A stretch of DNA of 52,486 nucleotides from Minisyncoccota bacterium. Lineage in GTDB: Bacteria; Patescibacteriota; Minisyncoccia; Phycocordibacterales; JABMNX01. A model generated the notes under the pieces. It was given only the letters and a program-made list of their open reading frames with translations, searched no databases and was not told the DNA's origin. Each line of letters opens with the position of its first letter. Within the stretch, counting starts at the first letter, position 1. The stretch spans positions 1 through 52,486 of the forward strand of contig JAPHQU010000008.1 of the NCBI GenBank assembly GCA_026195275.1. The letters are read 5' to 3'. Positions 35,329 to 42,702 of this stretch are shown here, piece by piece. The position numbers were made by a program, and so were the translations under genes.

Positions 35329-36258
35329 CTATGAATCAACGCTATTAATGATTAAATATGTGTTCAATCGCCCCAATGCCGCCTTGATCTTTGCTTCCCC
35401 TTCAGTGTAACCACTAATCGCGGTAAGTGCCGCAAGCGGATCGCTGTTTGTGTTCGCCATAGCATCGAGCACTGATACAAAGAAACTGAATGCGTTTAGC
35501 ATATCAACATGAATCGACACAGCGTCAGTCGGCACCGCGACTCCTTTGAGAAGCGTGATTGTTGCTTCATACTGGGCTTTTGCATACTGGAGCTTTGTAA
35601 AACCAGACTCATCGCCACTATCAATAATGCGCGTGAATGTAATAAGCTCATCTTCTTTTACATTGAAAAGTGGCGACCAAGCACTCTGAAGCGAAGCGCG
35701 ATACGCTTCAGGGGTTACTTCAGGAGAGATAAGCACATCATCCGCTGTGTTTATTGGTGCAGTTATTGGCACAACATTGCTTCCAACAAGACTCGAGACA
35801 AAATTTTCCTCAATAGAAGTACCGAGATAACCACGCTGCTTTAGGTCGATATATCCTTCGAATAGTTTAAAAGCAAGTTTTTCTGTATCGGGGAGTGATT
35901 CAACCATTTCCCGACTTATTCCTTGTGACGATCCGGTGCTTGTGTCGTTTGGTCCGGATATGAGCGGGTCGCGATCTTGTGCTATTTCGTCGCCATCTGA
36001 GGTGCCATCTCCATCGGTGTCTGCTAGGTTCGGATCAGTCTTCAAGAGAACTTCTTCCCAATCCCTCAAACCATCATTATCAGAGTCAATAGAGGCAAGT
36101 GTGTTTGTGTTAACGCTCGTATAATCATCACCAACAGTGATGGTTGTCGTTCCAACACGTTCCTTTAATTGATGTTTTATAAATGTTGCACCAACGAGAA
36201 GCAACCCGCATATAACGGCAATAGCCACAACGTTTTTCTTTCCGAAACGCCCTTCCAC
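35329..36258 (-). CDS. membrane-anchored protein with thrombospondin-type-3-like Ca-binding repeats
   Basis: N-terminal TM segment VVAIAVICGLLLVGATFI. The acidic repeats are DSDNDGLRDWEE and DTDGDGTSDGDE. Confidence 0.6.
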   Translation of the reverse strand: MEGRFGKKNVVAIAVICGLLLVGATFIKHQLKERVGTTTITVGDDYTSVNTNTLASIDSDNDGLRDWEEVLLKTDPNLADTDGDGTSDGDEIAQDRDPLISGPNDTSTGSSQGISREMVESLPDTEKLAFKLFEGYIDLKQRGYLGTSIEENFVSSLVGSNVVPITAPINTADDVLISPEVTPEAYRASLQSAWSPLFNVKEDELITFTRIIDSGDESGFTKLQYAKAQYEATITLLKGVAVPTDAVSIHVDMLNAFSFFVSVLDAMANTNSDPLAALTAISGYTEGEAKIKAALGRLNTYLIINSVDS

Positions 36259-36333
36259 TCCTTTAGTATAGCAGTGTTTCTAACTCTTTTTCACTGGTGA
36301 GTGTGAACAAATTGTCTAACGCTAATAGGTGCG

Positions 36334-37074
36334 CTAAAAAGGGAGGTTGAATATCAATCCTGGTTCGCTTTCATTAAAAACAATACCGTAGACGCGGAAT
36401 GTCTGCGCGAGGTTCATATACGCGTCGATAAACGGAGTGAGCGTGTTGTTGTAGGCAAGAAGATCATCAACTGATACCGCACTTAAGAGAAGTGCATTCA
36501 TGCCGCCGGCGATGCTGAGATATGCTTGTATCAGGTTTTTGTGCATGTCGGCAACGGTTTCAGGTGGAGTAATACTGAGAAGTGAATCGGCAGTCGCAGC
36601 ATAATCATCAGCAAGTAGTTTCATCGCCTGGCGCGAAGTCGTGTCTTTCGGGTTGGTGATAAATGAATTAAGCACCGCAGATTCATCGCGCCCAGAGTCG
36701 AGGCGGTCTTGTATTGTTGTGCCGACACTATTGCCGTAGCGTTTTAAGGCAACCGCTGCTTCATCTAGAAAAAAGCTCGAAGAGGATTTGGTATCATACT
36801 CATCTTGAGTCATGGTGCTGCTGGTGCGTGACTCAAGAAAGTCAGAAAGGGTTGTGTGGCTAAGTTCGTATGAAGTACGCTCTGCGTTCATCTGAAGTTG
36901 GCCGATCGATTCATATCCAGATGGTTTCCCTGTCGATCCGGAAACAGTGAGCCCATCTTCAAGTTGTCCTCCAACAGGTCCCTCTTGAGTGTTTTCTGCA
37001 AGCAAAAATATACTACTCAAAACAAGTGCAAGCAGGGCAATAAGCAGAGAAACCCCTTTAAGATGTGCATACAT
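36334..37074 (-). CDS. membrane-anchored hypothetical protein, first gene of the cluster
   Basis: Start moved to the ATG (MYAHLKGVSLLIALLALVLSSIF). The upstream extension in the track runs into the divergent gene. Confidence 0.55.
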   Translation of the reverse strand: MYAHLKGVSLLIALLALVLSSIFLLAENTQEGPVGGQLEDGLTVSGSTGKPSGYESIGQLQMNAERTSYELSHTTLSDFLESRTSSTMTQDEYDTKSSSSFFLDEAAVALKRYGNSVGTTIQDRLDSGRDESAVLNSFITNPKDTTSRQAMKLLADDYAATADSLLSITPPETVADMHKNLIQAYLSIAGGMNALLLSAVSVDDLLAYNNTLTPFIDAYMNLAQTFRVYGIVFNESEPGLIFNLPF

Positions 37075-37111
37075 AGTAGTGAGTATATCACGCAGAGTGT
37101 ATACTTTTTGT

Positions 37112-37465
37112 ATGTATACGCACACACTAAATACGCGATCAATAATTATTCTCGCTTCCCTCTTTGTGCTCTCACTCACCCTTCTTTTTGTGCCAACTCG
37201 CGCACACGCGCTCAAACCATTTGGTGGTCAGGTTGGTGCAATCATCCCGTGTATGGGTGGTTCTATTCACGCGACCGTCGGACCACCGGTTGGAGGCGCT
37301 TATATATGGACACCGGGAACACGGACATATCTCTTTGGGCCACCTTCTCCCGGTAGATGGGTATTGGGGAATGCTGCAGGTCCGGGTATTTGTGTTGTCT
37401 CTATAAACCCGCCGATCTTCTTTACTGGACTGGTTATGGTAATGGTCGGTTCAAGTGGTATCTAA
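37112..37465 (+). CDS. small secreted Gly/Pro-rich protein with a hydrophobic C-terminus
   Basis: 117 aa. Signal peptide ...VPTRAHA. The mature part is LKPFGGQVGAIIPCMGG...GPGICVV...IFFTGLVMVMVGSSGI. Divergent from the cluster. Confidence 0.55.
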   Translation: MYTHTLNTRSIIILASLFVLSLTLLFVPTRAHALKPFGGQVGAIIPCMGGSIHATVGPPVGGAYIWTPGTRTYLFGPPSPGRWVLGNAAGPGICVVSINPPIFFTGLVMVMVGSSGI

Positions 37466-38244
37466 GAGATCTCTTCAGTAAGCTCTCTCCACATCTCTAG
37501 CGGCACGTCTTCTGCGCGCACGTTCTCATCAAGGTCAATCTTTTTAAATATGTTGATGAGTGCTTCCTTCTCGGTCAGTGTTTGTAAATTATTTAAAAGG
37601 TACTTTCGTTTGCTCGCAAAACCCGCTTTCACTATTTCAAAAAAGCGCCTTTCGGTACTGTTTCCAAAAAAGTCGCGTGAAATATTTTCAATCGCAAGAA
37701 TCGCCGAGTCTACTCTTGGTACGGGGCGGAATGCGCCGGCTTTTATAGTGCCGACATAACGTGGTGTGCCATACGCTTTCACGCTCAGCGAGAGAATGCT
37801 TTCTTTTTTCTCGCGAGCGATACGCTCCGCAATTTCCTTTTGCACAATAAACACAATACTTTTCGGCTGGACTGTGTTTTCAAGAAGTGATCGTAAAATA
37901 AGACCGGTGATATAGTATGGAATATTCGCGACCACGATGAACGCATGGTCATGAAGTCCGAGCGAAGCGAGGTTTATCTCGAGTATGTCGCCAGGGACAA
38001 TAACAAGCTTCCCGCTCGTGACTTCTTCGGTAAATGTTTCCTCGAGCCGGCGCGCGAGCTCAAGGTCTTTCTCGACCGCGATCACCTTCCCCGACCGTTT
38101 CACGAGCTCTTTGGTGAGCGCACCTTCGCCCGGCCCGATCTCAAGTATAGTGTCCGTTGGTGAAACACCCGCCGCCTCGACCGTTTTTATAATGGATTGT
38201 GGTGCGACGAGAAAATGCTGTCCAAGTGATTTCTTTGCTCTCAT
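37462..38244 (-). CDS. rsmA: 16S rRNA (adenine1518/1519-N6)-dimethyltransferase
   Basis: 260 aa. SLGQHFL, SAM motif LEIGPGEGALT and NIPYYIT. Confidence 0.92.
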   Translation of the reverse strand: MRAKKSLGQHFLVAPQSIIKTVEAAGVSPTDTILEIGPGEGALTKELVKRSGKVIAVEKDLELARRLEETFTEEVTSGKLVIVPGDILEINLASLGLHDHAFIVVANIPYYITGLILRSLLENTVQPKSIVFIVQKEIAERIAREKKESILSLSVKAYGTPRYVGTIKAGAFRPVPRVDSAILAIENISRDFFGNSTERRFFEIVKAGFASKRKYLLNNLQTLTEKEALINIFKKIDLDENVRAEDVPLEMWRELTEEIS

Positions 38245-38249
38245 AGTCT

Positions 38250-40235
38250 CTATTCAATCACGAGGAATTCCGTCGTGCCAGACTTCTCGTACGTATCACT
38301 TTCAGCGCCCTCGACCTCGCAGTACTCTTCAGGGATATCACTTATGAACTCAGATGGTAGGTGTGCTTCTTTTGACCCGAAGATCATGCGCATATGAGCG
38401 AACGTGAGAAACACTTTTGTGCGTGCGCGAGTGAGGGCGACGTAAAACAAACGACGCTCTTCTTCGGAGTCGCGGTCGTCTTCCCGCTCTTGCGGGAAGA
38501 GTCCCTCTTCGAGCCCGGAGACGAACACGTAGTCAAACTCCAATCCCTTCGACGCATGCACGGTCATCAGTTTGACTGCGTCGTGATCCTTCGCGAGCGA
38601 GTCTTGGTCGGTCGCGAGCGCGGCGTCCTCGAGCAGTTTCTCGATACCTTCTTGCGGCGCGAGTGAGTCGTACTTACTGGCAAGCGAGACCAGTTCGTGT
38701 ACGTTTGCGAGCCGCTCAATGTCTTCTTCTTTCTTGCCGACTTTAAGATGCGTCTCGAGTCCGCTTGCGGTGAGTATGAAACGGATCGTCTCTGATGGTT
38801 TCTTCTTGAGTGCGTGCTCGCCGATCTCTCTGAGGAGTGTGCGGAACTTCTCGACACGAGCGCGCGTCGCAGGTGTAAGGAGATGATCTTCGTTCTGCAC
38901 CATCCGAAGGAGTGTCACCTTGCCGATGCCGCGCGGTGGCACGTCGACGATGCGTTTGATGTCAGCGGTACTCTCTTCGTTAAGTGCTGCGCGGAGGAAC
39001 GCGAGTATGTCCTTCACCTCTTTGCGGTCGAAGAATTTGGTGCCGAGCACTTGATACGGTATGTCCTCGTAGAGGAATACTTCTTCAAGTACACGTGACT
39101 GGAAGTTGGTCCGATACAATACCGCCATCTCGCGATACGGCACACCCTGTCGATGAAGCGCATCAACTTTTTGTGTGATGTACGCAGCTTCTGCCGCTTC
39201 GTCGTACGCTCCCGCAATTGTGATCCTCTCTCCCGAGGTGGCGTTTGTAAAGAGCGTCTTCGGGACGCGGTTCTTGTTCTTCTCAATGATCGCGTTTGAT
39301 GCGTTAATAATATTCTTCGTTGAGCGATAGTTCTCCTCAAGGAGTATTGTCGTTGTGCCGGGGTAGGTCTTTTCAAAATCGAGAAGGTTTTGTATGTCGG
39401 CCCCGCGCCAGCTGTAAATGTTTTGGTCGATATCACCAACGACACAAATATTCTTCGCATCACCAGCGAGCAACTCACTCATACGATATTGTACTTTGTT
39501 TGTGTCTTGGTACTCGTCAATAAGAATGTGCTTCCATGTGTCGGTGTACCCTTTGCGGATTGTGCTGTTATTCTCAAGAAGTTTCATACTCTTGAGAAGA
39601 AGGTCGTCAAAATCAAGCGCGTGTTCGCCGTTAAGTATCTTTTCATACTGTTCCCAGACCATAAGCGTCACCCGCTTCAGGTAGTCGTTGCCGGCAGACT
39701 CACGAAACTCACTGAGCGATACGCCATCTCCTTTCTCGCGCGAGATAATCCCGAGTACCTTGCGTGGCTCAAACTGCTTCGGGTCGATATCACTGCGTTT
39801 CATCGCCTCTTTGATTGCACGAATAGAATCACTCCGATCATAAATAGAAAAGTGTCGCTTGAGACCGATCTCCCGCGCGTGTTCTTTGAGGATGTGTACA
39901 CCGAGCGCATGAAAGGTCGAGATGAACGGCTTTGGATCGCGCGCGCTTTGTGCGAGAGGAAGGTTGAGTTCTCGATCGTTCTGAATAAGCTCCATCACCC
40001 GCTCGCGCATCTCTTTTGCTGCCTTATTAGTGAAAGTGATTGCGAGGATTGCGCTCGGGTCGACCCTGTTTTTGATGAGATGAAGGATGCGATGAGTCAA
40101 AACACGCGTTTTGCCGGCACCAGCACCAGCAATAATAAGAAGCGGTCCCTCGATTGTCTCAACAGCATCTCTTTGTGCGGGGTTGAGGCCGTTGAGGTGG
40201 TGGTTCCTCGGTTTTTTTTGCTCGATATCTAACAC
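38250..40235 (-). CDS. pcrA: ATP-dependent DNA helicase PcrA/UvrD
   Basis: 661 aa. SF1 motifs GAGAGKTRVL, ILIDEYQDTN, VHASKGLEFD and RRLFYVALTRAR. Confidence 0.92.
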   Translation of the reverse strand: MLDIEQKKPRNHHLNGLNPAQRDAVETIEGPLLIIAGAGAGKTRVLTHRILHLIKNRVDPSAILAITFTNKAAKEMRERVMELIQNDRELNLPLAQSARDPKPFISTFHALGVHILKEHAREIGLKRHFSIYDRSDSIRAIKEAMKRSDIDPKQFEPRKVLGIISREKGDGVSLSEFRESAGNDYLKRVTLMVWEQYEKILNGEHALDFDDLLLKSMKLLENNSTIRKGYTDTWKHILIDEYQDTNKVQYRMSELLAGDAKNICVVGDIDQNIYSWRGADIQNLLDFEKTYPGTTTILLEENYRSTKNIINASNAIIEKNKNRVPKTLFTNATSGERITIAGAYDEAAEAAYITQKVDALHRQGVPYREMAVLYRTNFQSRVLEEVFLYEDIPYQVLGTKFFDRKEVKDILAFLRAALNEESTADIKRIVDVPPRGIGKVTLLRMVQNEDHLLTPATRARVEKFRTLLREIGEHALKKKPSETIRFILTASGLETHLKVGKKEEDIERLANVHELVSLASKYDSLAPQEGIEKLLEDAALATDQDSLAKDHDAVKLMTVHASKGLEFDYVFVSGLEEGLFPQEREDDRDSEEERRLFYVALTRARTKVFLTFAHMRMIFGSKEAHLPSEFISDIPEEYCEVEGAESDTYEKSGTTEFLVIE

Positions 40236-40272
40236 AAAAAAACTATAGCACGAAGCGGGGTGAAGTCGTCAG

Positions 40273-40296
40273 AATATGGCTTAAAATATGGCTTAA
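40273..40296. repeat. perfect tandem duplication of AATATGGCTTAA
   Basis: Two adjacent identical 12-mers in the pcrA/M23 divergent intergenic region. Confidence 0.85.
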
Positions 40297-40327
40297 AAAG
40301 CGAGTGTGGCATGCTGTGTACAACCTG

Positions 40328-40355
40328 TTGACTTTAAATGTGTGGAGGATATAGT
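40328..40355 (+). promoter_or_regulatory. candidate promoter TTGACT-16-TATAGT
   Basis: Good -35 and -10 hexamers. This would give a 5' leader of about 180 nt for the LysM-M23 gene. Confidence 0.35.
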
Positions 40356-40544
40356 GGGTGCATAGCTGTATGGGCGCTATTTTCTGTGGCTTAACAGAGC
40401 CATTCTTCAGATAGAACGACAGAATTTCCCAGTAACCTTTAGCTTATCGAATCAAACCAACAAGATTCCGACCCCTCACATAATACATTTGGTCGGAGGA
40501 CAAAAGAGGTACGCACGCGGCTCAAGACCGCTCTTTTCTCGGTG

Positions 40545-41540
40545 ATGCCGTCAGTATTGCTGGTATTCTCTTTGTTTGCTTCTTCTCCTCTCCCTGCGCA
40601 CGCCGGAATTTTTTCTTTCTTGTCAGGTCTTTTTGCGGGTAGTAAAAGTGAAGCAGTATCCACCGCTACTGGGTTACAGATAGCCTCAGCACTTCGTGGT
40701 GCGCTTAATGTCGACCCAAACCCAGCAAAGGGAGGTGGTGATATCACTATCGTTGATGGCTCCGCGCTTCTTGCAGAGACCGGACCTGCCGGCACCTTAG
40801 CGGATATTGAAGAACATCCGAACAACGGGCAGATCAGCATCTACGTCGTGCGCTCAGGCGACTCACTCTCACAGATCGCGAATATGTTCGGTGTTTCAAC
40901 GGGTACGATCATTTGGGCGAACGATATTAAGCGCGGCTCACTCATCCGTGAGGGTCAAACATTGGTTATCCTTCCTATCTCCGGTGTGCAGCACACAGTT
41001 AAGAAGGGAGACACGCTTAAGGGAATCGTTAAGGAGTACAAGGGTGATTTTAATGAAGTGGTCCAATACAATAACCTCCCAGAAGATGCAATACTTGCCG
41101 TCGGTGATGTGATCACGATTCCTGGAGGCGAAGGTGAGACCAAGACCTACTCAAGCGCAGGTACGGTGGTGCGTGGTACGAATGTGCCGTCGTACTCTGG
41201 CTACTATATCCGCCCGGTCGTCGGCGCGGTTAAGTCACAAGGACTTCATGGTTATAACGCGGTTGATCTCGCGGCACCATCAGGAACTCCGATTCTTGCA
41301 GCGGCTTCAGGTACCGTTATCGTCGCACGTGGTTCAGGTTGGAACGGCGGATACGGCGTATATGTTGCGATTCGTCACGACAACGGTACGCAGACACTCT
41401 ACTCACACCTCTCAAACATGATCGTCTACTCAGGACAGTACGTGGTCCAAGGTCAGGTTATCGGATATTTGGGTAATACGGGACGAAGCACCGGACCTCA
41501 CCTGCACTTTGAGGTTCGCGGCGCCAAAAACCCATTCTAA
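40545..41540 (+). CDS. LysM-domain M23 family peptidoglycan endopeptidase
   Basis: Signal peptide, two LysM repeats (YVVRSGDSLSQIA..., HTVKKGDTLKGIV...) and M23 motifs HGYNAVDL and GNTGRSTGPHLHFEV. A GTG at 40542 is an alternative start. Confidence 0.9.
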   Translation: MPSVLLVFSLFASSPLPAHAGIFSFLSGLFAGSKSEAVSTATGLQIASALRGALNVDPNPAKGGGDITIVDGSALLAETGPAGTLADIEEHPNNGQISIYVVRSGDSLSQIANMFGVSTGTIIWANDIKRGSLIREGQTLVILPISGVQHTVKKGDTLKGIVKEYKGDFNEVVQYNNLPEDAILAVGDVITIPGGEGETKTYSSAGTVVRGTNVPSYSGYYIRPVVGAVKSQGLHGYNAVDLAAPSGTPILAAASGTVIVARGSGWNGGYGVYVAIRHDNGTQTLYSHLSNMIVYSGQYVVQGQVIGYLGNTGRSTGPHLHFEVRGAKNPF

Positions 41541-41543
41541 GAA

Positions 41544-41666
41544 CAAAAGCTCAGTTTAAGCGAATTGCTTTGTTGCGTTCGCGAAAAGTTTGTTCACAAT
41601 ACCGGTAAGTATTGCTCACAAACTTTTCGCTCCGCGCCGCGCACTTCATCTTAAACTGAGTTTTTG
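41544..41666 (+). terminator. compound nested inverted repeat followed by a T-run
   Basis: Outer arms ctcagtttaag (41550-41560) and cttaaactgag (41650-41660), extendable by the flanking A and T runs if one residue is bulged. Inner 13-bp arms gcgaaaagtttgt (41581-41593) and acaaacttttcgc (41618-41630). Followed by TTTTTGTTTT. Confidence 0.5.
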
Positions 41667-41697
41667 TTTTATATATGCCATAGGGTATTGTTGGTAT

Positions 41698-42579
41698 ATG
41701 AATACTGAACCTGAGGGGTATCTACAAGATGTTCTGGATTGTATTAAAGATATTCGTGTGGATATAGGGAGCGGTAGCGATTTCACTCACCAACGAGAAA
41801 TCGATTTCCGCCAAGGCTTTTTTCGTAAGAAAGGGGTTTTGGTACCTATCGAGACGGTAATCCACCGTATCCATCTTGAGGAGCATGAATTACTGGTGTT
41901 AGACAGCTATGTCCTGCTGGCAGAACAAATTTTGAGCGAGCCAGGAAACCGAATGAATTACTTTGCTCTCAGGACGCTCCATGAAATCGGTTTTAGTAGA
42001 ATCGACACCCTATTTGCTGACCCTGTTTCTGAAGAGGATAGGATGGAGTTTAAAAGGATAGAATCATTGTCTGATTTAGTACAGGTGCCGACACACACAA
42101 GAGATTTCCTCAGACTTCTAAATGACGAAAGAGAGAAATTAGACCAGGAATCCAGGAAACTTTTTGAAAGTGTTGAAAGTATTCTTAAAGAAGGAGGACA
42201 AACACCTCCCTCTAAAATTAAAAAGATCCGTCACTTAACAAACAATCGACTTCCCAAGTATATTAAAGATGTTGATATGCCAGAGATACTTCGAGAGAAA
42301 ACAGACTTTAATTATTTGCGTATATCTCTTTCGCATATATTGCACGGGAATCCAATTGGGATACGTGTTGCCGTACACCCCGATTTTGCTGAGAGCAATA
42401 AGAATCATGCTTTAGTTGTTTTATGGAATACTGGATTAAACATTCTCATCAGAACGAAACCTTTTGTTACTGATGAGAAGACGCTTAAAAATATAGATAG
42501 GCTAGTAACAAGGGCTGAGGATATCTGGGATGAGTTTCAACGCAGGAGGCTAGCTTATAGATCAAATAAGAAAAAATAA
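41698..42579 (+). CDS. hypothetical cytoplasmic protein (orphan)
   Basis: Start moved to the ATG (MNTEPEGYLQ). 293 aa, no TM segment, no recognisable motif. Lower G+C than its flanks by eye. Confidence 0.55.
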   Translation: MNTEPEGYLQDVLDCIKDIRVDIGSGSDFTHQREIDFRQGFFRKKGVLVPIETVIHRIHLEEHELLVLDSYVLLAEQILSEPGNRMNYFALRTLHEIGFSRIDTLFADPVSEEDRMEFKRIESLSDLVQVPTHTRDFLRLLNDEREKLDQESRKLFESVESILKEGGQTPPSKIKKIRHLTNNRLPKYIKDVDMPEILREKTDFNYLRISLSHILHGNPIGIRVAVHPDFAESNKNHALVVLWNTGLNILIRTKPFVTDEKTLKNIDRLVTRAEDIWDEFQRRRLAYRSNKKK

Positions 42580-42606
42580 ACGCCAACCTGAGGTTAGCGT
42601 TTATTG
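42576..42606 (+). terminator. terminator, copy B of the repeated roughly 50-nt element
   Basis: aaataaacgccaacc-tgag-ggttagcgtttatt. The first 16 nt are identical to the element at 6979-6994. Confidence 0.7.
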
Positions 42607-42633
42607 TGGCTTGCTGAAGCTGTGGTTTAGGAA

Positions 42634-42660
42634 ACACCAGGCACACCCTGGCGTTTTTTT
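42634..42660 (+). terminator. second hairpin plus T7 run
   Basis: acaccagg-cacac-cctggcgt followed by TTTTTTT. Confidence 0.5.
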
Positions 42661-42702
42661 AATGAAGAATATCGAATGTCCCTCATGTATCCAGCTTGTA
42701 TT

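Noticed and set aside
40400-40470. AGATAGAACGACAGAA...GCTTATCG resembles the 3' conserved region of bacterial RNase P RNA (..ACGACAGAACCCGGCUUAUCGG). CAGTAACCTTTAGC vaguely resembles part of the ydaO riboswitch.
   Set aside because: There is no GAGGAAAGTCC-type P4 5' strand anywhere upstream. The available space is too short for RNase P RNA. The GGGGACCCA and GGGGUGAAUC motifs of ydaO are absent.
40439-40840. 133-aa minus-strand ORF overlapping the 5' end of the LysM-M23 gene.
   Set aside because: It lies opposite a well-supported signal-peptide/LysM coding frame. Its composition is typical of an antisense shadow ORF.
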